Source: Bacteroidia bacterium (GTDB taxonomy: Bacteria; Bacteroidota; Bacteroidia; AKYH767-A; OLB10). Taken from it: DNA of 64,000 nt. The DNA lies in assembly GCA_035340715.1 (NCBI GenBank), contig DAOQTX010000002.1, positions 1,537 to 65,536 of the forward strand, in the 5' to 3' direction. How positions within the stretch are numbered: position 1 is the stretch's first letter; each line of letters starts with the position of its first letter. Both the position numbers and the translations under genes were made by a program. Under the pieces are notes generated by a model, which saw only the letters and a program-made list of their open reading frames with translations, searched no databases and was not told the origin of the DNA. This document shows, one piece after another, positions 1-12,598 of the stretch.

Positions 1-1
1 T

Positions 2-2416
<2,415 letters not shown>

Positions 2417-2424
<8 letters not shown>

Positions 2425-3319
2425 GAAAAAACATAAATTAACTGGAACCGGTGTGGCATTGGTAACACCTTTTTATAAAGACGGTAGTATTGATTTTAAG
2501 TGCTTCAAAAAAGTAATTGAAAACTGTATTTCACAAAAAGTAGATTACTTAGTTCCATTGGGAACTACAGGAGAGTCTGTAACATTAAACCCATCGGAGA
2601 AGCAAGCGGTTATCGATTTTGTTTTGGAAGTGAATGATAAACGTTTACCCGTTGTTTTAGGGTTAGGAGGTAATAATACTCAATCATTGGTAACCCAAAT
2701 TTCTCAAACAGATTTTGATGGAATCGAAGCCATATTATCGGTATCTCCTTATTATAATAAGCCCAATCAGAAAGGTGTATATCAACACTATAAAATGATT
2801 GCAAACGAATGTCCGGTGCCTGTTATATTATATAATGTTCCTGGCAGAACCGGCTCAAATCTTACACCTGAAACCACTTTGAATCTTGCGAACGATTTTG
2901 AGAATATCATCGGAATAAAGGAAGCCTCTGGAAATATTTTTCAAATCATGGAAATCATTAAAAATAAACCCGATGGCTTTTTAGTGATTTCTGGCGATGA
3001 TGGATTAACCATGCCACTATTGACTATGGGTGCAGATGGCGTTATATCTGTATTGGCAAATGCTTATCCAAAACATTTTTCTACTATGGTGCGATATGCC
3101 ATGCAAGATAAACCAGAAAAAGCGCGTCCGATACATTACGCTTTAAGTGAGCTAATAGAGTTGCTATTTGTTGATGGATCTCCGGGAGGAATTAAATCGG
3201 CTTTAAAGGAAATGGGCATCTGTGATGATTATGTAAGAATGCCTTTAGCGCCTGTAGGTAAAAGTACAGCCAATAAAATTGCTCAAGTTATGAGTGATTT
3301 AAAAAAGAAATTAGGTTAA
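2417..3319 (+). CDS. dapA: 4-hydroxy-tetrahydrodipicolinate synthase
   Basis: 300 aa. N-terminal VTPF, GTTGES motif and YNVPGRTG, all typical of the DapA/NAL aldolase family. Confidence 0.85.
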
Positions 3320-3327
3320 TGAATTGA

Positions 3328-3510
3328 TTATTTTTCTCCATCAGGCATAACCAATGCCATGATTAAATAAACCAATAAACCTGTTCCGAAAATTAAAAGC
3401 GCAATAACAAAAATTATTCTAAAGATCACTGGGTCGGTATCAAAGTAATGTCCCAGTCCTCCACAAACACCAAAGAGTTTTTTTTCTCTTCTAACTAGAC
3501 GCTTATACAT
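3328..3510 (-). CDS. PspC-domain membrane protein (the ORF track extends it to 3567; the internal Met is the likely start)
   Basis: KRLVRREKKLFGVCGGLGHYFDTDP followed by one hydrophobic helix. Classic small PspC-domain architecture. Confidence 0.6.
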   Translation of the reverse strand: MYKRLVRREKKLFGVCGGLGHYFDTDPVIFRIIFVIALLIFGTGLLVYLIMALVMPDGEK

Positions 3511-3600
3511 AGGCAATTGAATTGATAAGTGTAAATATACATATTCTAAAATATTTTGATCACTCAATAAATTGGTATTTTAGCATCAATAATTCGACTT

Positions 3601-6600
3601 ATGAAAATCTATAAATGGTTATTCACTCTTTTATTGGTAAGCAACCATATTTCAACTAACGCACAAAGCCTATCTTTTCAACAGAAGAGTGATCATCAGA
3701 TTTTTGTGACACTAGATGATGTCAAGAACGAGCTGCATTGTTCTCAAACGGTTCGTTATACCAATAATTCATCAGACACATTAAAAGAGTTGTATTTTCA
3801 TATATGGCCTAATGCCTATTCCAATAGAGAGACTGCACTAGCGCAGCAAATGGTGCTCAGCAATAACTTAGATCTTTTTTTTGCAAAAGAAAGTGAAAAG
3901 GGACGCATGAAGAACTTTTCTGTTTTACAAAACGAATCAAAACTAACAGTGGTACTGGATGAATACGATATCGATATATGTAAAATTATCCTTCAAGAAC
4001 CAGTTGCTCCGGCAAGCTCAATAGATCTAGCTATGCGTTTTGATGTTGTAATTCCATCTGCTAAGTTCTCCCGTCTAGGACGAATTAATCAAGCCTATTA
4101 CATCACGCAATGGTATCCAAAGCCGGCTGTTTATGATTCATTAGGTTGGCACCAGATGCCATACCTTAATCAAGGTGAATTTTTTAGTGAATTTGGAGAC
4201 TACGAAGTACATATTACTGTTCCAGCAAATTATGTGGTAGCCGCTACAGGAGAATTGCAGAACAGTGCAGAACTAGATTGGCTAAAAAGTAAGAGCGAAT
4301 CGTATATCTTGAATGAAAGCAACGATTTAAAATTTCCTCCATCTGATTCAATTACAAAAACACTCATCTATAAACAAAGTAATATTCATGATTTTGCATG
4401 GTTTGCCGATAAGCGTTTTAATGTTTTGCACGACACGCTTCAGATTCCGGGTGAAGAAAGGATCATTGATGTATATGCTTATTTTACAGATAAATCAGCC
4501 AAGCATTGGGTGAAAGCCACTCATTATTTAAAGCGCTCCATACTTTTTTATTCCGAAAAACTTGGTAGTTATCCTTATAATGTAGTCTCAGCGGTAGATG
4601 GAACAATATCGGCAGGAGGAGGAATGGAATATCCTACGATAACCATACTCAGTAAAGTAGAAAATGATCTCGATCTTGAAACAGTTATCGTACACGAAGT
4701 TGGACACAATTGGTTATATGGAATATTAGCTTCCAATGAAAGAGATTACCCCTGGATGGATGAAGGAATCAACTCTTATTACGAAATTCGTTACCTAAAA
4801 ACATATCTGTCTGATCAAGATCGTCAACTCAATATGAACCGATTAAATCGATTGCTTGGTATTGATAATCTAGATTACTCCGGCCTTACTTCTTTATTAG
4901 TAAATATCAGTGAACGCAAAAGAGTCAATCAAAAAGTATCTTTAAAGTCGACCGAATATTCTTCGTTTAACTATGGTTTGATGATATATGGAAGAGTGCC
5001 AATGCTGTTCAATGCTATTGAAAGCCAATTCGGCACTGCACTGATGGACAGTTGCATGAGAATTTATTTCAACGAATGGAAATTTAGACATCCTTACCCA
5101 GGTCATTTAAAACAAATTTTGGAAACGGCAGGGAAAAAAGATGTCTCATGGTTATTTGATGATGCTTTCGATATGGAAAGAGGAATTGAATATAAGATTT
5201 ATGATGTTGCCACATATAGAGGAGAAAGAAATGAAAAAACGCAAAATGCCACACATTCTATTTTGGTGGGAAGCAAAGGCTTAGTGGCTGCTCCTTTTGA
5301 GATTACTGCTTATAAGGGAAAAAATCTGAAATACAGTTCAGCTTTTGACGGGATTTATGGAGGTGAAGTAGTGCATGTTGAATGTCCGGGATGTGACAAG
5401 TTTGTGATTAATGAACGCAAAATTTTCCCGGAACTCTATTATAATAACAATACGAAACGACTCAATGGGTTGTTTAGAGGAGTAGAGCCGTTAAAAATTG
5501 CTTTCCTTCCTCAAGTGGAAAGAGCTGATCGAACTCAACTGTTTATTTTGCCTTTAGCCGCTTGGAACAATACCGATAAATGGATGACCGGATTAAGTAT
5601 TTATAATATTTTTCTACCAGAGAAAAAATTTGAATTTGCATTTACTCCTTTATATAGTTTTAGAACCGAGGAGCTAAATGGTTTTGCTAATTTTCACCTG
5701 AATCTCTATCCTTCTTCTGGTTCTAGTAGGAGAATCCAATTAGGCGTTAAAGGACAAAAGTTTAGTTATCAAATTCGCGAGTATCAGAAAGACAGTCTAT
5801 CAACACAACGAGATTTCTTGTCTTATCAAGTGTTTGCTCCTTATCTTGAAGTAGATTTGTACAATAAAGATCCTCGTTCTGAAACTAAGAAGAAAGTGCG
5901 CTATCAATATTCTAATGTATCGAATGATTTCGAGGATTATCTTATTGTAAAAGATGGAGTTCCTCATATATCAGAAAAAAAGGAGGTCTATCATAACATA
6001 GATGTTGCTATTTCCAATAGAAGAAAACTGGATCCATTTTCAATTGGCTTTGGTTTAGAATTTCATAGTGAATATTTTAAAACATATTTTGAAGCGAAAT
6101 ACAAAATCACTTACAATAAACTAGGAAAGGGTATAAGCGCAAGATGGTTTGGTTCGATTTACGATAGTGACAACGATCAGTATGGAAATTATTTTTCTTT
6201 AAGTGGAAAACAAGCCAATAGTGATTATCAATATTCTAATCTATACTTCGATCGGAGCAATGCTGATTTTTGGAATCGACAGTTTCAAGAAAACGAGGGA
6301 GGTTTTAAAACCTATGTGCCAACAGCCGTTACAGAGCAAAAGGGCTTTTGGATGAGTGCTCTGAATATAGAGATAGAATTTCCGGGAGCATTACCAATTG
6401 TGGCATTTGCCGATATTGGAACCTATAACAATGCAGATAAAGTATTTGAGAAAGATATTTTTACTGATGCCGGCATCGCTTTAAAGCTGGGATCAATTTT
6501 TCAAGTATATTTTCCTTTCATGGTGAGTCAGAATCTTGATGATTATTACGATTTGAACGATATTGAATTCTCTGATCGAATTCGCTTTCAAATAAACTTA

Positions 6601-6654
6601 CCTTTGTTCGGATTTGAAAAGCTACGTGATCAACTAAGCTATCAGGTTTGGTAA
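3601..6654 (+). CDS. M1-family zinc metallopeptidase (aminopeptidase N-like), secreted
   Basis: Signal peptide. HEVGHNWLYG (HExxH) plus a downstream glutamate in WMDEGINSY, the gluzincin M1 signature. 1017 aa. Confidence 0.8.
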   Translation: MKIYKWLFTLLLVSNHISTNAQSLSFQQKSDHQIFVTLDDVKNELHCSQTVRYTNNSSDTLKELYFHIWPNAYSNRETALAQQMVLSNNLDLFFAKESEKGRMKNFSVLQNESKLTVVLDEYDIDICKIILQEPVAPASSIDLAMRFDVVIPSAKFSRLGRINQAYYITQWYPKPAVYDSLGWHQMPYLNQGEFFSEFGDYEVHITVPANYVVAATGELQNSAELDWLKSKSESYILNESNDLKFPPSDSITKTLIYKQSNIHDFAWFADKRFNVLHDTLQIPGEERIIDVYAYFTDKSAKHWVKATHYLKRSILFYSEKLGSYPYNVVSAVDGTISAGGGMEYPTITILSKVENDLDLETVIVHEVGHNWLYGILASNERDYPWMDEGINSYYEIRYLKTYLSDQDRQLNMNRLNRLLGIDNLDYSGLTSLLVNISERKRVNQKVSLKSTEYSSFNYGLMIYGRVPMLFNAIESQFGTALMDSCMRIYFNEWKFRHPYPGHLKQILETAGKKDVSWLFDDAFDMERGIEYKIYDVATYRGERNEKTQNATHSILVGSKGLVAAPFEITAYKGKNLKYSSAFDGIYGGEVVHVECPGCDKFVINERKIFPELYYNNNTKRLNGLFRGVEPLKIAFLPQVERADRTQLFILPLAAWNNTDKWMTGLSIYNIFLPEKKFEFAFTPLYSFRTEELNGFANFHLNLYPSSGSSRRIQLGVKGQKFSYQIREYQKDSLSTQRDFLSYQVFAPYLEVDLYNKDPRSETKKKVRYQYSNVSNDFEDYLIVKDGVPHISEKKEVYHNIDVAISNRRKLDPFSIGFGLEFHSEYFKTYFEAKYKITYNKLGKGISARWFGSIYDSDNDQYGNYFSLSGKQANSDYQYSNLYFDRSNADFWNRQFQENEGGFKTYVPTAVTEQKGFWMSALNIEIEFPGALPIVAFADIGTYNNADKVFEKDIFTDAGIALKLGSIFQVYFPFMVSQNLDDYYDLNDIEFSDRIRFQINLPLFGFEKLRDQLSYQVW

Positions 6655-7400
6655 TGAACAGTAAGAACAACATATATTTTATAAGTGATTTTCATTTAGG
6701 AGTTCCTAATTCAGATGCTAGTTTAAAGCGGGAAAAGGATATTGTTCGTTGGCTTGATTTCATAAAAAAAGATGCGCTTGAAGTTTACATTTTAGGAGAT
6801 GTTTTTGACTTTTGGTTTGAGTACAAGCATGTAGTTCCTAAGGGATTTGTGCGCTTACTCGGAAAGTTGGCAGAACTTTCTGATAGCGGAATTAAGATTC
6901 ATTATTTTACAGGCAATCACGACATGTGGGTTTTTGATTATTTGCCAAAAGAAATTGGATGTACCTTATACCGAGAGCCAATAGAACGAGAATTCGGCAA
7001 TAAAAAATTTTTTATAGGGCATGGTGACGGATTAGGTCCCGGTGATCATGGGTATAAATTCATTAAGAAAGTATTTGCCAGTAAAATATGCCAATGGTTG
7101 TTTGCACGTCTTCACCCCAATTTAGGAATAGGTATAGCCAATTATTGGTCACGAAGAAGTAGAATTGCAACTTCTACTGATAATGAAACCTACAAAGGTG
7201 ATGATAAAGAGTTTTTGGTTTTGTTTTGTAAAGAAAAAATTAAAACACAAGCAATCGACTATTTCATATTTGGTCATCGACATTTACCTATTGATATGAG
7301 AATAGGAGAGAGCAGATACATTAATTTAGGAGAATGGATCAACTACAGGAACTATGCTGTTTTCAACGGTTCAGAGTTGCTTTTCAAAACATTCGATTAG
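6654..7400 (+). CDS. lpxH: UDP-2,3-diacylglucosamine diphosphatase
   Basis: Calcineurin-like motifs DFHLG, GDVFDFW, GNHDMW, GHGDGLG and GHRH. Good colinearity with E. coli LpxH. The ATG overlaps the upstream TAA; the track start at 6648 is a TTG. Confidence 0.75.
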   Translation: MNSKNNIYFISDFHLGVPNSDASLKREKDIVRWLDFIKKDALEVYILGDVFDFWFEYKHVVPKGFVRLLGKLAELSDSGIKIHYFTGNHDMWVFDYLPKEIGCTLYREPIEREFGNKKFFIGHGDGLGPGDHGYKFIKKVFASKICQWLFARLHPNLGIGIANYWSRRSRIATSTDNETYKGDDKEFLVLFCKEKIKTQAIDYFIFGHRHLPIDMRIGESRYINLGEWINYRNYAVFNGSELLFKTFD

Positions 7401-7406
7401 AGCCTA

Positions 7407-7982
7407 TTATTTCGAACCATCGTCATGATACGACTGGTTGTGTGCAAGTTGATTCCCACACTTCGCGCAATTTTCCATTATACCACTTCCTCCAGCACAA
7501 CCTTTATTACAGATATAATGATATACACCTTTGCTATTAGTGGCCGGAGCAGCTGCCTGAGCAGGTTGTGTTTGAACTTGAGTCGCTTGAGGTGTGGCGG
7601 TAGGGGTTTGACCCGGTTGCTGATGAAACTTTTCGTTATGTACGTATTGTGTTTTGCAAACCGGACAATTCACTTGTTGGTCGCCTCCTGAACCTTGACA
7701 ATTGTTAGGACAGATGTAATGCTTTACTGACCCGCTTGCGGTTGTAGTTGCTTGCAATGGAGCGTTTGCAGGAGCTGCCGGATTGGGTTGCGAAGAAATA
7801 TTTACCGGAGCCACTTGATTCGTAGTATCTAAAGGATTTACTATAGCCGAATTTCCTGGTAAGGCTGTTTCGTTATATACTGGTGATGCTGGTGCCGTAT
7901 TATTCTGATCAGATGAGTTATCGCTGCTACAAGCTGAGAGGATTGAAGCGCTTATAACAAATAGAATAGTTTGTACTTTCAT
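7407..7982 (-). CDS. lipoprotein with a duplicated Cys4 (CxxxC...CxxC) module, putative metal-binding
   Basis: Lipobox-like LSAC signal. Pro/Ala/Thr/Gln-rich linkers. Two copies of HYIC-x3-C-xGGSG-x-NC-xx-C...H-N-x-x-[FY]-H. Confidence 0.55.
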   Translation of the reverse strand: MKVQTILFVISASILSACSSDNSSDQNNTAPASPVYNETALPGNSAIVNPLDTTNQVAPVNISSQPNPAAPANAPLQATTTASGSVKHYICPNNCQGSGGDQQVNCPVCKTQYVHNEKFHQQPGQTPTATPQATQVQTQPAQAAAPATNSKGVYHYICNKGCAGGSGIMENCAKCGNQLAHNQSYHDDGSK

Positions 7983-8014
7983 TGTATTAAATTTTGAATC
8001 AGATAAACTTACAA

Positions 8015-9010
8015 TTATTTTGATATAAACGCAATCAAATCTAATAAACGAGTTGAATAGCCCATTTCATTATCGTACCAACCCACTACTTTAGCCATTC
8101 GTCCAATAACACTGGTTAATTGTGAGTCAAAAATACAGCTGTGTGTGTTGCCAACAACATCAATTGACACAATAGGGTCTTCGGTGTATTGCAATATGGA
8201 CTTTAATCTACCCTCTGAGGCTGTCTTAAAGGCATTATTTATTTGATCAATATTCGTTTCCTTTTTCAGAATACAAGTGATGTCAGTTAGCGACCCATTG
8301 GGTACCGGTACTCGAATTCCAGCCCCACCGGTGCAATCTTTGAGTTCTGGAAAAATTTCAGTTATAGCTTTCGCAGCACCTGTAGTGGTAGGAATAATTG
8401 AAAGTGCCGCTGCTCTTGCTCTTCTTAAGTCTTTGTGAGGAGCATCGTGCAGATTTTGATCACCAGTGAAAGCGTGAACCGTAGTAATGTAAGCTGACTC
8501 TACTCCAAAATTTTCATTTAAAATTGAAATCATTGGTGCTGCATTGTTCGTGGTACACGAAGCATTAGAAATAACATTTTCACTGCCATCTAATATCTGT
8601 TCGTTTACACCTAGAACGATTGACTTGCAATGTCCATCAGATGGAGCCGAAATAATTACTTTTTTTGCGCCAGCTTTCAAATGAAGTTTAGCTTCATCTG
8701 TTTTTCTGAATTTACCAGTTGATTCTAATACAATTTGTGTCCTATAAGAAGCCCATGGTATGGAAGAAGGATCTTTCAATGAAGTACATGGAATTTTAAT
8801 TCCATTAATAATAATATTGTTTTCATCATGTGAAATCTCACCTCTAAAAATCCCATGAACACTATCGTATTTTAAAAGATGAGCCAGAGTTTTTGTATCC
8901 GCCAGATCGTTGATCCCACATATTTCTATTTGAGGAAAATGCATGGATTGTCGAAAAAAATTTCTTCCAATTCTTCCAAATCCATTTATACCAACCTTAA
9001 CTATGTTCAT
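8015..9010 (-). CDS. gap: type I glyceraldehyde-3-phosphate dehydrogenase
   Basis: NGFGRIGR NAD-binding motif. Catalytic SNASCTTN. 331 aa. Confidence 0.85.
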   Translation of the reverse strand: MNIVKVGINGFGRIGRNFFRQSMHFPQIEICGINDLADTKTLAHLLKYDSVHGIFRGEISHDENNIIINGIKIPCTSLKDPSSIPWASYRTQIVLESTGKFRKTDEAKLHLKAGAKKVIISAPSDGHCKSIVLGVNEQILDGSENVISNASCTTNNAAPMISILNENFGVESAYITTVHAFTGDQNLHDAPHKDLRRARAAALSIIPTTTGAAKAITEIFPELKDCTGGAGIRVPVPNGSLTDITCILKKETNIDQINNAFKTASEGRLKSILQYTEDPIVSIDVVGNTHSCIFDSQLTSVIGRMAKVVGWYDNEMGYSTRLLDLIAFISK

Positions 9011-9014
9011 AGTG

Positions 9015-9902
9015 TTATAATTTGTTTTCTAATATGTCTTCAACTGCTTTTAAAGAGTGGTTTTCCAACCATATAATGTCCTCATTTTTTCTGAACCAGG
9101 TCATTTGTCTTTTTGCAAAGTTACGTGTGTGTTGTTTGATTTTCTCAACGGCCTGATCTAATGTAGTGATTCCATCAAAATACTCAAACAATTCCATGTA
9201 CCCAACGGTTTTTAAAAAGTGATTATTCTTAAAATGATAAAAAGATTTAGCTTCTTCCACTAAACCTTCTTTTATCATTTGGTCGACTCTTCGATTAATT
9301 CTTTCATATAGAACCGAGCGCTCAAACTTGATTCCAATCCAATGAGCTTTAAACTCAATATTGGCAAGACTTTGATCTATTCCGGCAATCGGCTGACTGT
9401 TTTTTTCGATGAATCGTATTAATCTACGGCTATTATGAATATCGATTAGCTTTTCGACATTTGGATCAATTGCTTTTGCTTTCTCTTGTAAGATCGAAAT
9501 TCCCTCGTTGGCAAATTCTTCATTCAGTTGCTCCCTGAGTAATAAATTATTTGGAGCAAGGCTGTCAAAAGATTTTACAATAGCATCAATGTATAATCCG
9601 CTTCCACCACAAATGATGACTGCTTTGTGTTTTTTAAAGAGTTCCTTTAACACTAGTCGAGCGTCAATACCGAATTGACCTGCACTATATTGATCGTGTA
9701 TGGAATGAGAGTCAATAAAATGATGTGGAACGCATTGCAATTGTTCTTTGTTAGGTTTAGCTGTTCCAATGCTCAATTCTTTAACAAATTGTCTGCTATC
9801 GGCAGAAATAATTTCGGTTTTATAAAATTGAGCAAGCTCTATTGCTAATTCGCTCTTGCCCGAGGCAGTGGGCCCACATACAATGATGAGATAATTATTC
9901 AA
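9015..9902 (-). CDS. miaA: tRNA dimethylallyltransferase
   Basis: P-loop GPTASGKS at the N-terminus. 295 aa. Colinear with the IPT/MiaA family. Confidence 0.85.
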   Translation of the reverse strand: MNNYLIIVCGPTASGKSELAIELAQFYKTEIISADSRQFVKELSIGTAKPNKEQLQCVPHHFIDSHSIHDQYSAGQFGIDARLVLKELFKKHKAVIICGGSGLYIDAIVKSFDSLAPNNLLLREQLNEEFANEGISILQEKAKAIDPNVEKLIDIHNSRRLIRFIEKNSQPIAGIDQSLANIEFKAHWIGIKFERSVLYERINRRVDQMIKEGLVEEAKSFYHFKNNHFLKTVGYMELFEYFDGITTLDQAVEKIKQHTRNFAKRQMTWFRKNEDIIWLENHSLKAVEDILENKL

Positions 9903-9916
9903 TGCACCTTTTTCGA

Positions 9917-10525
9917 CTAATATTCTTCCTCCATCTCACTTTGCTCATCGCTTTCTTCGTTTACCTCTTCTCCCTCTTCGCCTTCAGTTTCCATTTCATC
10001 AGTTTCACCTTCGTCAACGCCATCAAAAATTTCATTGTCATTCTCGTCTGAGCTTTCGTCAACTAAAAACTCATCGAGATCCTCTTCGTCTTCTTTGCTA
10101 ATGTTTTCGATGCTGGCAAATTGCTTAGGGGATTGACCAATACTTCTGGTGCATTTTGGATAGGTTTCACCTTCAGTGGCACTTAGTATTTTAGTGAGTT
10201 CTACATAAAATATCCATCTATTCTCAAGATCAAATATGTAATATATTTTCTGGTGAGGGTCGCTTATGTAGTTTCTTAACTTCGCTTCTTTTAATAATGC
10301 TATAGAGTTGCCAGATTTGTCGGTCTTAGTTTCAGAAGTAATTTCGGTTCCTTTAATCCAATTGTCATTGGACATGTAAAACGATGAGGACATTTCTTTA
10401 TCAAACCCAATCGACTTTAAAATAACTTGTTGCAAATCGTAGAAAGTTTGATCTGATTTTATCTCTATCTCACGCGAAACATCTTCATAATCTTCAAATG
10501 AGATTTTAAATCTATAAACATGCAT
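9917..10525 (-). CDS. hypothetical protein, possible pRiA4b ORF-3-like fold, with a poly-acidic C-terminal tail
   Basis: The N-terminal pattern YRFKISFEDY...FYDLQQVILKSIGFD...SSFY resembles the PRiA4_ORF3 family. The last 50 residues are almost entirely D/E. Confidence 0.35.
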   Translation of the reverse strand: MHVYRFKISFEDYEDVSREIEIKSDQTFYDLQQVILKSIGFDKEMSSSFYMSNDNWIKGTEITSETKTDKSGNSIALLKEAKLRNYISDPHQKIYYIFDLENRWIFYVELTKILSATEGETYPKCTRSIGQSPKQFASIENISKEDEEDLDEFLVDESSDENDNEIFDGVDEGETDEMETEGEEGEEVNEESDEQSEMEEEY

Positions 10526-10618
10526 GTACTAAATATTTTAAACAAATGTACAAAAACATGTGCGTTCCTATTTAGGATAGATTCTAAATATTAGGGAAGA
10601 ATTATTAACAACCACACA

Positions 10619-12025
10619 CTAATCAATTGCAATTCCAATTTGTGTAGCATATTGATTAAGAAATTCTAGTGCTTCTTGTCGATCGTTTTTTATCTCACCT
10701 TCAATGATGGCTTCACGTAGAGCATTTTTTAATTGACCAATTTCTTTACCAGGTTTAAGTTTGAACAATTGCATAATCTCATTTCCGTCAACGGGTGGCT
10801 GCCAATTTCGCAAATGATCTTGTTCTTCGACATCAATTAATTTTTGCTTCACCAACTCAAAATTATTCAGATATTTTTTAACCTTCCATTCGTTTTTTGA
10901 AGTGATATCTGCTTGACATAACAACATCAATGCATCAACATCATGTCCGGCTTCAAATAACAAGCGCCTCACAGCACTATCGGTTACATTGCTTTGTGCC
11001 AGAACGATAGGACGCAAATGCAACAAAACCAACTTTTGAACAAATTTCATTTTTTCATTTAAAGGCAGCTTTAATTTCTTAAATAAATAAGGAACCATTC
11101 TTGCTCCCTTATCTTCATGGCCATGAAATGTCCATCCGGCCTTTGTGTCAAATCTCTTTGTAAGCGGTTTAGCAATATCATGTAAAATAGCAGCCCATCG
11201 CAACCACAAATCATTACTTAGAATGGATATGTTATCTAAAACCTGCAGGGTATGGTAGAAATTATCTTTGTGAGATTTGTTTTGAATGGTCTCAACTCCC
11301 TGTAGAGCGGCCATTTCAGGAAAAATAATTTGCAATAATCCTGTATCGAACAGTAGTTTAAATCCAATACTTGGCTGTCGACTCAGAATTATCTTATTGA
11401 TTTCCTCAGTAATTCTTTCTTGAGAAACGATAGAGATTCTTTCTTTGCATAGTGCTATTGCTTTTAATGATTCTTCCTCGATGGTAAATTCTAATTGCGT
11501 TGCAAAGCGAATGGCTCTCATCATTCTCAATGGATCATCAATGTATGTTATTTCAGGATCCAAAGGAGTTTTTATGGTCTTACTTTCAATATCATCCATA
11601 CCTCCAAATGGATCTAATATTTTCCCGAACTCATTTTTGTTTAGTGCTATTGCCAAAGCATTGATAGTAAAATCTCTTCTTTTTTGATCGTCTTCTAAAG
11701 TACCTGGACTTACTTCCGGTTTACGCGAACTGAGACGGTAACTTTCTTTACGCGCACCTACAAATTCAAATTTCTTTTCATTGTATTCGAACATGGCAGT
11801 TCCAAACTTTTTGAACACAACTATTTTACTGGATCCTTTAGTTCTTTCTGCCACCTTAGATGCTATAGCAATACCATCACCATCCACTACAATATCAATA
11901 TCGGTGCAAGAGCGATTCATAATCTTATCTCTAACATAGCCACCAATAACATAGCAAGCAGTGTTTAACTCATCGCATACATCGCTGATGATTTCAAATT
12001 CAGGATCGGAAACAAATTCTTTCAA
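10619..12025 (-). CDS. CCA tRNA nucleotidyltransferase / poly(A) polymerase family with HD domain
   Basis: Pol-beta-type GGYVRD...DIDI head and an HD motif (ILHDIAKP). 468 aa. Confidence 0.8.
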   Translation of the reverse strand: MKEFVSDPEFEIISDVCDELNTACYVIGGYVRDKIMNRSCTDIDIVVDGDGIAIASKVAERTKGSSKIVVFKKFGTAMFEYNEKKFEFVGARKESYRLSSRKPEVSPGTLEDDQKRRDFTINALAIALNKNEFGKILDPFGGMDDIESKTIKTPLDPEITYIDDPLRMMRAIRFATQLEFTIEEESLKAIALCKERISIVSQERITEEINKIILSRQPSIGFKLLFDTGLLQIIFPEMAALQGVETIQNKSHKDNFYHTLQVLDNISILSNDLWLRWAAILHDIAKPLTKRFDTKAGWTFHGHEDKGARMVPYLFKKLKLPLNEKMKFVQKLVLLHLRPIVLAQSNVTDSAVRRLLFEAGHDVDALMLLCQADITSKNEWKVKKYLNNFELVKQKLIDVEEQDHLRNWQPPVDGNEIMQLFKLKPGKEIGQLKNALREAIIEGEIKNDRQEALEFLNQYATQIGIAID

Positions 12026-12028
12026 GTT

Positions 12029-12592
12029 CTATTCTCTGATTATCTTAATGCTGCCATTCATTTCTAATTTTACTATAGATGATGGCTTCATATTCGTTTT
12101 ACTTTGGGTTGGCAAATTTACTACATAATCGATTTTTGCCAAAAGAGATTTGTCGGCTTCATCAGGTGTTTTTGGAGCTTCTTCTCCACTATAATTGGCC
12201 GAAGTGGAAACTAAGGCTCTATTATATTTTGATAAAAGTTCGTGCATAAAGCCGCTTTTGACAATTCGAATTCCAACACTTCCATCCGAAGATGGAATTA
12301 AAGGAGAAATGTTGTAGGCATCAGGAAAGATTATGGTTAATGGTTTAGTTGTGAATTCTATTAAATCGTAACTCATTTCAGGAATGCTTCTTACATATTT
12401 AGCAAGTAAATTTTCACTCGGTAATAGAATGATGAAGCTTTTGTGTTCGGGTCTTTTTTTAAGTTCTATTATTCTTTGAATAGCGGAATCTGATTTTGCA
12501 TCACAACTTAAACCCCAAATAGAATCGGTGGGACTAAAGATAATACCGTCAGATTTTAAGCACTGAATACTCTGTTTTATTTCTTCGATCAT
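12029..12592 (-). CDS. tsaC: L-threonylcarbamoyladenylate synthase (TsaC/YrdC family)
   Basis: 187 aa. PTDSIWGLSCDA and VSTSANYSGEEAP motifs of YrdC/Sua5. Confidence 0.75.
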   Translation of the reverse strand: MIEEIKQSIQCLKSDGIIFSPTDSIWGLSCDAKSDSAIQRIIELKKRPEHKSFIILLPSENLLAKYVRSIPEMSYDLIEFTTKPLTIIFPDAYNISPLIPSSDGSVGIRIVKSGFMHELLSKYNRALVSTSANYSGEEAPKTPDEADKSLLAKIDYVVNLPTQSKTNMKPSSIVKLEMNGSIKIIRE

Positions 12593-12598
12593 TATTTC

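Noticed and set aside
7425-7691. Plus-strand ORFs (68 and 88 aa) overlapping the Cys-rich lipoprotein gene
   Set aside because: The minus-strand product has a signal peptide and an internally duplicated motif, while the plus-strand ORFs have neither.
10526-10618. Possible palindromic operator (tcctatttaggatag) in the gap downstream of the CCA-enzyme gene
   Set aside because: On checking, the two halves are not reverse complements of each other.
11445-11687. 80-aa plus-strand ORF antisense to the CCA-enzyme gene
   Set aside because: It is antisense to a confidently assigned gene and is probably a chance ORF in AT-rich sequence.
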